Positions 1 to 12,508 of a DNA stretch of 64,000 nt are shown here, piece by piece. Every line of letters begins with the position of its first letter. Within the stretch, counting starts at the first letter, position 1. A program made the position numbers and the translations under genes. Source of the stretch: Gekko japonicus (Eukaryota); the NCBI RefSeq assembly GCF_001447785.1, contig NW_015168093.1:192032-256031 (forward strand), read 5' to 3'. The notes below the pieces were generated by a model that saw nothing but the letters and a program-made list of their open reading frames with translations, was not told the origin of the DNA and did not search any database.

Positions 1-1432
1 ACATGAATCCCTCTTGTAACAAAGGAAACATCCTTTTGCTGTTTAGCAGTAAAATAGGTCATTGCTGTGAGGGTTTTAGTTGTCCAAAACTGTTTCACAA
101 GGTGAAGCAAGTCACATAAGCCTCAAGGATCTGACACATAGATGGTTGTCAAAGTAGCCTGATAAGTACTTCTCCAGGGATGGATAGTGGAAAACCTATC
201 TATACTAGATGGCCAGTTTCATCTGACAGCTCTTTTGCATGCTCCCCAGAAGTTCTTTGCAGTCTGCTTTTGCTCCATGTTTCTAACCCTGCATATAACC
301 CCAGAAGTGCTGAATGCAAGACCAATGTGATCCTGGGGAAATAATTCATTGATCTGATCCTTTGTGTAGGGGTCATTTGCATAACCCTCCCCACTTTCTG
401 ATCGGTCGAAAATGGGGGGAAAAAACCCTTTCCTTCTGAAATAAGAACTTCATCAGCTTCCAACAGCAAATGTTAGAATGTGTGGCTTGTTTCACCAGGG
501 AAATGTAAATATCAGAGGATCCTTGTAATGTTTGAATTATCTAGAAGCTGTGCTTTCTCTTCCCCAGTTCTCTCACTTGTCTGTGTCAATGTGTGTTTAG
601 AATAAACCTTCTAAAATTGGGTCTTAAACTACTGAGCCTTCTTTCCCTGTAGACCAGCAGCTCTACTCAAAGCACTATGTACTGGAAAGGCTGAAGAGAT
701 TCAGGACTGATCTGTGGCAGTTCATCAAAAAGTTAACCACCCCAATGTTAGTATAAACTCTTTCTGAGGGCATGCATCCCACAATCAATCCTACACTCCT
801 TTACATACCTTACCTATTTTCTGCTATGGTCAGAAATGTTTAGAAGGTAAGCTCTAATCAAGTCTAGCATTGTCTAAACGAGAACATTAATATGGGTAAA
901 GACTCCAACCATTTAAAAAGAGGTTTTATTTGACTGCCACATATCATAGTCTGGTAGTTCACAACAACAACATTTGGTTTGTAGCGAAGGTGTTAACAGC
1001 AGTAACACAGAATAACTTTCTGAATTGCAGTGACTGGTCGATGAAGAAAGGTTAAGAGTTCTTGTGAGATGCGCAGTAACAAATTATACCGGCCAGAGCA
1101 TATAGGTGCCAACAAAGTTTCAGTTCTTTGTGCGGAATTTTGCTAAACTAATGTATAGTGCCTCAGCAAACTGATCAGAAGGAGGTTGAAATGATGCTTC
1201 TTGAAATGATCCATTGGAAATCCATTGGAAATTATCCATCGTTTATTTGCTCCACTGCCTTGAAGTTTCATGTAGCTGTTAATTGCCCTTCTGTCTATCT
1301 GCAGAAGTTTGCATAAGTCAGTGGCCATCTGTATATCATGAAAATAGAAAGGCTCTGCTGCTTTTGGGATTGTGCAGCTGATCTTGATATCCAGCAGTAA
1401 AACAATATATTTCTTCTGTTTTATGTTTTCAG

Positions 1433-1525
1433 GGACGCAACGGGATCCCAGGCCCTCCAGGTCCAGTAGGACCTCGGGGCCCACCAGGTGACCTCATTGA
1501 AAGGCCGGGTGTGAAGGGAGACAGG
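1433..1525 (+). CDS. COL7A1: Collagen VII exon, 93 nt: GRNGIPGPPGPVGPRGPPGDLIERPGVKGDR
   Basis: ttttcag acceptor, gtgggt donor, Gly-X-Y. Confidence 0.9.
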
Positions 1526-1894
1526 GTGGGTATCTTCAGCATCTCATATACGGTTATTTATTGAAGAGAGAACAGAGCACTGAATTTCATGGAGCTTCAC
1601 TGCAAGGGCAGAAGTCTTGTTCCACAGGAGTCTGTTTCATTGGCTGGTCATTGAATAATGAGTGGCAGGTTTTACCTTTTCAGTAAAGGGTGAATTACAT
1701 GATCCTTGATACTTTTTGAAGTCAGTGGGACTTCATTCTGAGAAACTGTGACCAGGATGACACAATAATAATAATAATACTTTCCATTTATTAATCGCTT
1801 TCCCCAGTGGGCTCAAAGTGATGTACAGTTACTCAATATAGACAAGGGACTAACAATGTTTGTAGGGGATAGGGAAGATAACATATATTCATTT

Positions 1895-2306
1895 TTAATT
1901 GCACACGCTGTCACTGCCCGGTATCGATGTCTTCTGGCTTGGCTCCGTCGTTTTCCGCACGGCTGCAGGTTGGCCAGGCTTCAGGACCCGTATGTCAATC
2001 GCCACACTGCCACTACCCGGCTGGAACATCCATTGCAGGGATTCTTTTGTAGCCGAGAAGCTATTACGCCTTCCAAGCCTCAACCAGGACATCCGACCAT
2101 CAGCTAACACCCTCCCACAAGGGAGATTGGCGTGCCCACCCTCTCTAAGGAGTGGTTCCCATTTTATCTACTCGCCGAAGCTTTCGAATCGCTGGGTGGA
2201 CGATGAGCTGGGGACAACAGGCTGGCTGCTCACACCAGCACGGGGCTTGAACTAACACAGTTCAGATGTTAAGACAGTGGGATATACCCACTGTGCCACT
2301 GCTCCC
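1895..2306 (-). mobile_element. Sauria-SINE-like tRNA-derived SINE
   Basis: Minus-strand A box gtggcacagtgg and B box gttcaagcc; body resembles recalled Sauria SINE; left boundary approximate. Confidence 0.6.
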
Positions 2307-3271
2307 ATAAGACTTATTGAGACTTTGAACATCAGGAACATTAGCGACAGAGAAACATTTAGGGTTGTGCCTGTTCCTCATGGCTACCTGCCTTTCTTCC
2401 CACAAATCCTTTCGATGTATTTCTCTGAAAGGAGGAACCCAGAATTATGGAATATTTATTTGTTTTAATGATTTTATTTAGAAAATTTGCGTGCTGCCTC
2501 TCCAGGCCTGTTTGAGGTAGCTCACAACTAAAACAAAACAATACAAAGGGAATAAATAAAAAACAAATAGTGTCAATAAAAACGAGTCAATAAAAATCTA
2601 GGTGACTCAAGCAAATAATTCTTGTACGTAGTTCAAAATTTTATTTATTTATTTAACATTATTTGTAGTCCACCTTTCTCACTTGGATTTAAGATGGATG
2701 ACACAGAGTGAGTCAATACAATTGACAGGATGGGACATTCAGTAAACAGTACAATAGGACTACGGTTGGAGAACTAGCCAGGATTCGAAAGACAGAACTG
2801 AAGCAAAGCATCAGTATAAACATTACCTATTAAATGGTGCAGAAATTACATAGTTGGATCCTAGTGAGGGCAGAAAGGCAGGGTATAAATTTTGAAAAAT
2901 AAATATAGTATAGAGACCTCAAATCAAATCAGTATATGCCAAAGAAGAATTCTTAAATTATCTATAACAGATGTTCAGCTCACCTCCTCCAATAAAACTT
3001 CCAGTAAACAAAAGTTCTCTCAGCTTTCCAGGATAATATGCCTCCTTTACTAACTGGCCTTGTAACGAGGAGTTTCTGCTGGTATAAGTGCTATAGTTGC
3101 AATTAGAATTCATTGCTTTGTTTTTGCTTTCCGAATATTGGCCCTAACTTAGTTATTCTCTTCCTTATGATGGGCTTTTCAAGGAATGAAAATCACTGCT
3201 ATGTTTTTCTTAATCCTTCATTATGTGCTCTGTATTGGAAGCCGGAAGTCGGAAGTGACTTGACAGCATGT

Positions 3272-3297
3272 CACACACACACACACACACACACACA
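3272..3297. repeat. (CA)n microsatellite
   Basis: Seen directly. Confidence 0.9.
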
Positions 3298-3640
3298 ATC
3301 CAAACCATTTATCTTTATCTGAATCCTCTCTAGCATGGCACTCTCACAGTGATGTGCTGGTCCTTTACTTGGTGCCAAATCAGGGTCTGTCATACATGCA
3401 TAGACATCACTTGATCTATTGTCATTTTTGTTTACTTAGCACTTGATGACTCTCAGCCAAATTTGTGAACTTACATTCACACACACACATATAGTGAACG
3501 TGTATGTGTGAGTCATTCCTGAAAGAAGGCCTTTTTTTTGAAGTGCGTTGTGTTGCATGACCCTATACCTGTTTTTGACCATAATGTGTGTGTACATGTG
3601 CTCATGCACACATTTCAAAGTTCTGGTATGTGAAACGCAC

Positions 3641-3873
3641 CCTGACCTGGATGGCCTAGGCAAGCCTGATCTTGTCAGATGTCAGAAGCTAAGCAGGGCT
3701 GGGCCCTGGTTAGTATTTGGATGGGAGACCACCAAGGACGTCGAGGCTTGCTACGGAGAGACAGGCAATGGCAAACCACCCATGAACGTCTCTTGCCTTG
3801 GAAACCTCATAAGGGGTCACCATAAGTCGGCTGTGACTTGATGGCACTTTACACACACACACACACACACACA
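3641..3873 (+). mobile_element. 5S rRNA-derived SINE with RTE-like tail ending in (CA)n
   Basis: gcctgatcttgtcagatgtcagaagctaagcaggg...ggttagtatttggatgggagacc matches the 5S internal region; tail ggcaatggcaaaccacc; partial second copy near 10850-10982. Confidence 0.8.
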
Positions 3874-3942
3874 TGCGAAACCCAGGAGATGAATGGATGT
3901 ATCTTCACAAATACATGTACTTGATGTCTCTTATTCTGTCAG

Positions 3943-4014
3943 GGATTCCCAGGAGCAGATGGCATACCAGGAAATCCTGGCCGTCCGGGTAACCCCGGTT
4001 CTCCTGGTCAGCCG
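3943..4014 (+). CDS. COL7A1: Exon, 72 nt: GFPGADGIPGNPGRPGNPGSPGQP
   Basis: ctgtcag / gtaagt. Confidence 0.93.
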
Positions 4015-4389
4015 GTAAGTAGCATTTTTTCTCCTCATATTTTGATCAATGACTACATGCAGTGGCATTCCCTTTCCCATGATGCTTTGCTATCCAAAGA
4101 CTTCATCCATTAATGCAAATCCCGACTACAAGGGTGCCTCCTTAGCTAAGACTTTCGTTTTGCTGTGTCCACTTAGTTCTTACAAAGTCTTACGGAGAAG
4201 TGGCTAAGGCTACCCTGATTTGACTGGGAATGCCAATGTGCATAGTTATGTGTCCTTATGCTGAGCCGGCTCTGGCTGGGAGGGTGGGGTAGAAGTTCAA
4301 ATAAATAAATAAATGCTTCTGGCCACACCCTGCTCCTCGGCATTATAGGGGAAAACCTGTTAATTGTCGTGGTGTTGTTGTTTTTCCAG

Positions 4390-4425
4390 GGCAGCCCTGG
4401 CCTCTCTGGTCTCAAGGGAAACCCT
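4390..4425 (+). CDS. COL7A1: Exon, 36 nt: GSPGLSGLKGNP
   Basis: ttccag / gtaagt. Confidence 0.93.
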
Positions 4426-4505
4426 GTAAGTACAGAGTCTGATTTTCACTGATCCCCAATTGCCAACTAGACAGCCACTTACTCATCTTTTCCTTTGTTT
4501 TCCAG

Positions 4506-4559
4506 GGGGATCGTGGCCTTATTGGTCCCATTGGGCTAAAGGGGGAGAAAGGTGAGCAG
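4506..4559 (+). CDS. COL7A1: Exon, 54 nt: GDRGLIGPIGLKGEKGEQ
   Basis: ttccag / gtaagt. Confidence 0.92.
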
Positions 4560-6020
4560 GTAAGTGGATGGATATCCTGCTTGGTTCAAGCAAGACTTAA
4601 GTAATAATAGCAATTATAGTAACCAAATGCCATCCCAAATATTAGTAGTACTTCTCTGAGAGATCCATCCAAGAGCTAAAGTAGTTCTGTCTACAGTATC
4701 TGTGAAGATTCTAAATTGTCTTATCCCTAATTTGTCCAAGCACTCATTCAAGAAACATTGCCAGTCCTAAATTGCTGCTGCTGGTGTCTTCTCTAGCCTA
4801 TCCCCCCATCACACAACCAAGTTCCTAATCCTGCATATTTACAGTCATCCAATGTACTGAGAACATAAACTAAAAAATAGACAGGTGAGATGATCTGAGA
4901 CAGTTTTCCAGAAACACGCTTAGTTATTAAATAGGAGGCATTTTGGGTGAAAAGTTGGTAAACAGCTTTTTTACCATAATTTGAATTTGCTAAATCCACG
5001 TTTTGTGGTTGCAAAGATTGATTCTGACCGGAAGACCTCAAAAGGATTCAGTCAGGACTCAAAGAATTAAAAATGACAAATGTCTGATTCTTAGACAGGC
5101 TAGAGACCAGAGGAAACATGACTTGCACAGGATATTAATCCTTTCTTTGTCTCTCTCCACTCAGTATACTAGGCTTGGAAGGGAGGAAGCATCTAGTTTT
5201 TATATTCAAATCACTTGCCCTTTAGAACTTGGGGGTTCCCTTTTCCAGACATTTGGGAAGAGATATGTTAATTCAAGATCAAAGGAGCATGGTTGCAACT
5301 AGGAGGAAAAAGGCACCCAACCGCAAATAAAAGCTAATCTGCCCTTCAGAGCAGGACCAGTCTCTGTTTACCTCCTCCTCCTCCTGGTTCCTGTTACAGT
5401 AAGAATTTACAGAGGGTATGTTGCAGCAAAAACAGCAAATTCCTATGGCACTGGAAATAATAACACATTTATTGTGTAACAAGCTTAATTTATGGGATTT
5501 ACTCCTATACTGAGGTGCTGGAGAGTGATCTCAGCCAGTATTTGTTGATGCTGCAGAATCACATATCGAGAACAGCTATGAGCTTTTAAAAACTCTGTCC
5601 ATGACTAAATCCCATGACCCAACCTCAAATCAAAAGCAGCATTTTTTATAAAGCAGCACAGCTAACAATCCTAATTTTTACTTCTGGTGACACTATATGG
5701 ACATCATTTCATTCATTCTGCTCTTCATAAGGGCTCAGAAAAGTGGCATTTGGAATTTGCATCTGTATGCATTTAGGAGAATGGTGCCATCTTTGCAGGG
5801 GTATGATCATGCAAATGATGCCAGATGTAGTCCTGTATCTTATACAGAAGCTTCAGCTTCTTAGGCACCATCAGTTCCAGCAGGGCAACTGGGTTGCTAA
5901 AGTCTCAGATGAAAGATTTGATCAGGTGGATCCTGATCATGGTCAGGAATGGTTGAATGTCACAGAAAAGAATTGTAGGGATCAGAAAAACAGGTTTATT
6001 TTGGAGTGAGCAACTCAGTA

Positions 6021-6471
6021 TGCCTGGACATTTGGGGGGGAGGGGTGCTACATCACTCTAAGCGTGTACAGGTGTTATCTCCTGGAATGGGATGCCTCCC
6101 TTTGTCTTAACCTGGGAGGTGCCCTCTGACCCCTCCTCTTTCTCGCTTTCTCCTCTCACTCCCTTTACATGGCCTTTCATGGAGACACATGTCTCTGGAA
6201 GGCCTCTCCCATAGAGAGAGTGCCCTCATACTCCCACACACGTGACGCCGGACAAGCTGGCCATTTGTGACAGGGAAAGTGCTCTTTAGATTAGGCTTCC
6301 CTCTCTTCTTGTGACTGCAACCTGAATGTGAACTGGAGCTACTTGAATAAATGTAAGTTTACCTTTTTTTGCAATATACTTCTTGGGAGATTTATTTACT
6401 GCACTCAATATCACGCTTCTATGACTGAGCAAAACTCTGCTATATTAACCAAATATCCCAATAGTTTAACA
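6021..6471 (+). mobile_element. LTR-like insert with upstream polypurine tract
   Basis: TG...CA ends, ctcagta direct repeats on both sides, G-tract 6034-6045, aataaa near 6346. Confidence 0.5.
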
Positions 6472-6758
6472 CTCAGTAGGTGGGCTCTTTCATTCAGTTT
6501 ATAGGCCAACATTGCAGCCCAAACTAAGGCAGTGTTTGCACAGACATACTAATCAAGTGCATTAGCACCTTAGAGACCAACAAGATCTTCTGAGTATAAA
6601 CTTTGACTCTCAAAATTTATTTTATTCCATTAATTCAATTTATACCCCGCCCTCCCTGCGAACGGGCAAGATTCCGAAGATCTTGTTGGTGTCTAAGGTG
6701 CTACTGGATTCAAATCTAAGGTGCTACTGGATTCAAATCTAGCTCTTCTACTGCAGAT

Positions 6759-7420
6759 TAGAGATGTAAAATTTCCGGAAATTTTGAAGCTTGGAAAAAA
6801 ACCTGGGTTTTTTCCATTTTCCCCCCTGGAAAAAAACGGAAATTTTCGGAAAAATTGAAAAAATGCTACATTAGCATTTCTTTTGTCTTTTCTAGATTGA
6901 AAGTCATTCTGTTACTTTAGGAACATAAAATATGACTATGGGCATTTTTACTTGGCATGAAATTATCACAACTAGCATATTAAAAATATAGTGTATCCAA
7001 ACAATTATTTCAAACAGAATACCCACCCACATGCAAAAACAAAACTGAAACTTTTTTTATTTTCTTCTGACAATCGCACCTCCTAAAGGAAGAAATCCAT
7101 CTTGTTCTTGCATTGGAGGGTTCAGTTTGTAACCTAGGACTTTCTTGTCCTCAGTGCACAGAAATTAGATCAATCTGATACCATCTATATACTAATTCCA
7201 ACAGAGGGCGCCTTGTGAAATGATTTGGAAAATATTTGAACACCTTGTCTTAAAATATTTTATTCATCATGTTAAAATAAAACGTTCCATAATCAATTTT
7301 TTTCTTTTTTCAATTTTTCCAATTTTTTGGAAAAAAGCAAAAAGGCTTCAGGAAAAAAACGGGAGGGAAACAGTTTTTTCTCGAATTTTTCCGGGTTTTT
7401 TCCGGGCCTTCACATCTCTA
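6759..7420. mobile_element. Non-autonomous hAT transposon nested in a Penelope-like fragment
   Basis: TIRs tagagatgt...acatctcta; perfect 8-bp TSD ctgcagat (6751-6758, 7421-7428). Confidence 0.88.
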
Positions 7421-7449
7421 CTGCAGATCAACATAGCTACTGTCCTGAA

Positions 7450-9230
7450 ACTGTAATAACCAAGTAATTCACAATGAACTGATTCCTTCAAGAAAACCGG
7501 AAGCTCATTGTGATAAATGTGCTCTAGACTTTGGAACAATTCAATGTATTTGTCTTCTGACTCATCCATTGCAACCCTTCATGCCACTGCTAGAAAAGGT
7601 GTCATCCCTAGAGTCGGATTCGACTGGCTTTCGAGCAAGAGAACCTTTACCTTTTACAGCAGTGATACAAGATTATTCAGTACTGAAAAGCTGGGTCAGA
7701 AGCAGTTAACTGTTTGTTTGAGAAAGATTTGTGGTGCTAGTGGAGAGAACTTTGCAAATAAAATTCCTTGATCTATTAAAGAGGTAAAGACATTTGCATC
7801 TCAGAAACAGAAGTCATGGATGTTGCCAGAAAAAGCCAGTCAAAACATCTTGCATCATTTAATTGTGGCTTCTGAAGCTGGAAAAGCGATACAACTCCAA
7901 AAAATATTGCAATGTGGCCAGTGGAAATTGCATTCACAGAACTGAATGGAAACCTCAGAGCAGGGAACAAATCAGTCCTTGGAGATACACTGACAAGCAG
8001 TATTCTTTATCTTCCTCAGATGACACTTGAAAGTGTTTCATGTCTTTTAATTGATGGCCAAGCATTTGTGGTGGTTCGAGGGAAACCCTGTGGCTGTGGC
8101 ACTGTTAGTGACCTGGCTGACAATGCTGTGAAATTTGTTTTTCACAGTGGGTGCCATTTAATCAGGACTGATGTTCGATTTGGATGGTACAGGTCAAAAT
8201 CTGTCAAAGAAATGGCAAGAGGCAAACAATCAAAAGGACTTAAGCCAGTGTGCTTAGTGGTAGTCAATCATGTGTCAGCTGATAACAAGAATTTTACTTT
8301 ACTGTGTATGCTGTAATGCCAACCCTGTTGTAGTGTGGGGCAAGCAAAGAGCTTGGAAAGCATTTTGCTCATATCCTGGTCTGCTTAAAAGTCTAGGAAA
8401 AGGTAGTCTTTGTAACGAAACATACAAGTCAGTGGAGAAATTTGTCTTTGAGATGTGCAGTCTTACTAATGAAAGCAGCAGTGGTGGTACGAGATTGTTT
8501 TTGTTTGGCAAATGTTGGTCCCCTGAAACATTGCTTTCTACAAACAATGCATTCAGGTTCTTAGTAAAGAGAGCTCATTGTCATCCAGTGGTATGGAGGC
8601 AAGCTACTTGTATGTTTCCAAACTTTCCTGTCCCAGAGAAAATTGATTGGATATAATGCAGCAGGAAACTTGTTCCAAAGCTCACATCACTAATTCCAGC
8701 ACCTGTTGCTGATGACAAACTCATTGTGTGTATGCTTTCAGCTGTGTTTTGGTAGTGAAAGATATGAAAGTATGAAGCATCAAACCTCATGCTAATTTTA
8801 AATTTGCTAATTTTAAAAAACCCCAATTTGTTAAGCTATATAAAAGCATTTTGTTTTGTTCCACTGACAGAACATTGTGTGTTAATGTTGCAGAATCAGT
8901 CCATTGTGAAGAAATATAATTTTAGATGTCAGTTTATTTTTGCTTTTTTATTTCACATTACAAGAATGACAAAACCCAGCTCAGAAAACAGCATTTTATA
9001 CCAGATACATTAAAAATACGTAGAAAAATGATGTTATCAATTTTTCACCCCGAAATATCTGCAACATTGTTCTTTGGGGAAATTTGTCATCCAAGGTATT
9101 GCCTGCTATAATGAAAATGGCAAATAGAGCCTGGTAAACGTCATTCAGCACTTTCAAATCAAGGTGAAAGAAGGGATTACCAACTTTTCACCAAAAAGTG
9201 TGCCTCCATTCTTTCAAGGAATATCTCTCA
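7450..9230 (+). mobile_element. Decayed Academ-like DNA transposon (XPG-type nuclease region)
   Basis: Frameshifted remnants LLIDGQA..RTDVRFGWYRSKSVKE, WGKQRAWKAF, PETLLSTNNAFRFLVKRAHCHPVVWRQA; boundaries approximate. Confidence 0.65.
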
Positions 9231-9589
9231 AACAGGTAGAGATACCTTTGAATGCAACCCTCATTTCCCGTTCCCATTTGAAATCTGCTATTTGGGTGGT
9301 GGGACCATGATGCAGGTAGAAAAATTACTCTCACCCTATCACTATGGGGCAGTGTTCCATTTCTCTTACCTTAGTTACCACCCAGTTAGAAATGTAAAAT
9401 GCTGACAAAACTGCATTGGGATGTGTTTCCTTGTTTGGGAGTCTTGGTCTACTATTTTGTTTGCAAGGTTAGCTGTAGATAATTCACTAGGGTTGCTCTT
9501 CCCAGATTTAAAAGCAAAAGTTATGAAACAACTTTTATTAGGATCTACAAAAATATAGTAAAATACTGTACAAATTTTCATTGCTCCGT

Positions 9590-9760
9590 TGAGCTTAGTG
9601 TTGCTTACTCTGACTGGCAGCAGCTCTCCAGGGTCTCAGGCAGCAGTCTTTCACATTAACTGTAGGCCTGTAGGCCTTTTCAGCTGGAGATGCTGGGGAC
9701 TGAACCTGGGACCTTCCGTATGCCGAGCAGATATTCTTCCTTTGAGCCATGACTTCTCCA
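9590..9760 (-). mobile_element. tRNA-derived squamate SINE (other copies near 21268-21580 and 30300-30400)
   Basis: Minus strand ggtcccaggttcagtccccagcatctccagc...gagaccctggagagctgctgccagtcagagta. Confidence 0.7.
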
Positions 9761-10064
9761 TAACTGAGCCATGGTGCCTCCCTCAAGTTCTCCTGAGCTC
9801 TTTGTTAGCCTGGATGTTCAGTATAACCCCCCCCCCCAAAAAAAAAAAAAAGAGAGAGAGAGGAGAGTGAGTAGAATAGATGTTTCAGACCATGGTGGAA
9901 AAGCCTGAAGTCTGTCTGTTGCTTTTAGAGTTTTAGAATGGAATACAAGATATGTTAGAGAATGAACTGGATCTCGATCATGTTTAACCATGCTTCAGGT
10001 TGCTTCAAAACCTTCTCAGGTTGTAATTCTTCACAGTAGCACCAGAGGGCGGTTATTCCTCTTC

Positions 10065-10240
10065 TCAGAACAAAATCTGAGTTTAGAGGCACCTTTAAGA
10101 CCAACAAAGTTTTATTCAAGGTATAAGCTTTCGTGTGCACGCACACTTCTTCAACTTATACCTTGAATAAAACTTTGTGGTCTTAGAGGTGCCTCTGAAC
10201 TCAAAATTTTGTTCTGTTGAGTAAGACCACCTGAATCTAT
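10065..10240. mobile_element. Penelope-like truncated element with inverted duplication (relatives at 6560-6750, 18160-18322, 18664-18785, 21325-21462)
   Basis: gcacctttaagaccaacaaagttttattcaaggtataag followed by its reverse complement. Confidence 0.65.
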
Positions 10241-10328
10241 CCTCTTCTCAGAGAAACTGATGCAGGTTTGCATTTCATTTCTGACTTTAAATGTGCCTCG
10301 GTGACCTTTGGCCTTTTGTCTTGGGCAG

Positions 10329-10397
10329 GGGGAGCCCGGAGTGATTGTAGATGGAGAAGGTGGACTTCCTGGCCGGAAGGGAGAGCCTGGCAACCCG
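10329..10397 (+). CDS. COL7A1: Exon, 69 nt: GEPGVIVDGEGGLPGRKGEPGNP (helix interruption)
   Basis: ggcag / gtatgt; resembles human GQVIGGEGPGLPGRKGDP. Confidence 0.92.
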
Positions 10398-10554
10398 GTA
10401 TGTAGCATTATACTTGCAAGAAATCAGTAGTGGGGTGGGAAGGATGTGAATATCTTATTCCTGTAGCATCATATAGCCATTTCAGTATAGCTATTCCCTT
10501 TTTGAAATTTCATTGCTTTCTTGAACCAGTGGCTTAACCAAATCTTCAGAATAA

Positions 10555-10794
<240 letters not shown>

Positions 10795-11588
10795 TAGGCA
10801 AGTTTACAGAGACCCATATGCTTCTCTAGGATAGAAGGTGGCATGATATAGCCCAGTCTTGGATGGGAGACCACCAAGGAAGGTTTTGCAGAGGAACGCA
10901 ACGGCAAACCACCCATGCTTCTCACTTGCCTTGAAAGCCCCATGCAGGTGTTGCCATAAGTCAGTTGTGATTTGACAGCACTTATGTACATGTGTGCTTC
11001 TGTGTACACACAGAGAGAATGAAAACACTTGCATACCTGCCCCAAACTCATTCCCCATGCAATAACAGGTCTCTTCTTTATGCTATAGATTTTCCCATTT
11101 GTCCCTCTATGGCTTTGAAGTGGCACATTTATCAGTCCTACAGGTCCCTTCTTCATGATGTCTATGTCATCATCATCCATATATGCCAGGCTGGCTTGAC
11201 AGGGCAATGAATCCAAACAGCAACATATTTAGGGGCATCACTGAAGCAACCTGTGAAATGCCCCTTGATCCTCTGGGACCTTTGAAAAATTCCTGGGCAA
11301 CATCTCTCATTGTGTGGTTTTTAGGTGGCCCTTGCAAGTATACCCTGACTATATCACCCAGTGCATCATATACCTGTCAGATATACTTTACTGGACATGG
11401 GCACATACGTAGAAATGATTCCTAAAGTTATTTGTTATAATTTGGCTCAACTCTGTCCTTGTTTGTGCTGTTTGTGTGCCACACTCCTATAAATGTCTGT
11501 TGTGCTCTACTTTCTGTATTTAGGTGGGTGGGCCACCAAGATGTACTGTGTGAAACATTTATTTACGTGCAGGTATTTCTTCTTGTAG

Positions 11589-11615
11589 GGAGACAAGGGC
11601 GACCGAGGTGAGCGA
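11589..11615 (+). CDS. COL7A1: Exon, 27 nt: GDKGDRGER
   Basis: ttgtag / gtaagt; identical to recalled human peptide. Confidence 0.93.
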
Positions 11616-12508
11616 GTAAGTGATCCTTCTTTTCCCCTGCCTGTTCTGCCCTTGTTCAAGGCATCCTGTATCCTGAAACAAGAGTCTGTGGATGCAGAAT
11701 AATTGAATTATAGGTCTGGAAGAAGTCTGAAGGTTGTCTTCACCTTGCTGTTGTGCTGAGAGAGAATCCTTATAATTTGCAGCCCATTAATAGCCAAATG
11801 AGGTCTGCCAATGAGAATGTAGTTATTTATAAAATACACACCCCACCCTTCTGCTTTCAAAGTACTTGGCAGTTAACAATAAGTAAATAATATTAAACCA
11901 GTAAATCATCACATGAAACCAAAACAGCAACAACACTAAACCAGTTATGACCTTGCAACAGAAAACAGCATTAAGCAGCNNNNNNNNNNNNNNNNNNNNN
12001 NNNNNNNNNNNNNNNNNNNNNATATTAAAACCTAACACAAATCAATCCAGAATTTGGGAGGAAGATTTTAGCCTCGCAGAAAAGAATTTGGAAAGCTTTC
12101 AGTGAGGGGGGGGCCATCTAGCTCTCCAGGGAGAGCCACTTCCAGAGCCTAGGAGGTCACAGTGGAGAAGGCCTCCTCTCTTGAGTGCTTCCAGCTGTTG
12201 TGGAGCGAGCACTTGGAGAACGCTAGTCCTGGAACATCGCACACCATAGGCTTGGATGGGTGCAGGCAGTTCTTCAGATACCCTGGTCCAAGGCCATTTA
12301 GGACTTTAAAGGTCAACACCAGTACTCTGAATTGGGCCAAGAAACAAACCCAAAGCTAGTGTAGTTGTACTACTGTAAGGGAGATATGATTCTTGTGGCA
12401 ATTCCCAGTGAAGACCCTGGCTCCTTCATTCTGCATCAGTTGTTGCTTCTGAATTGGTTTCAAAGACAGCCCTACATAAAGCATAGCAGACAATAGTCTA
12501 AACTCAAT

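Noticed and set aside
3664-3730. 5S rRNA gene
   Set aside because: Diverged, lacks 5S ends and continues into a SINE tail
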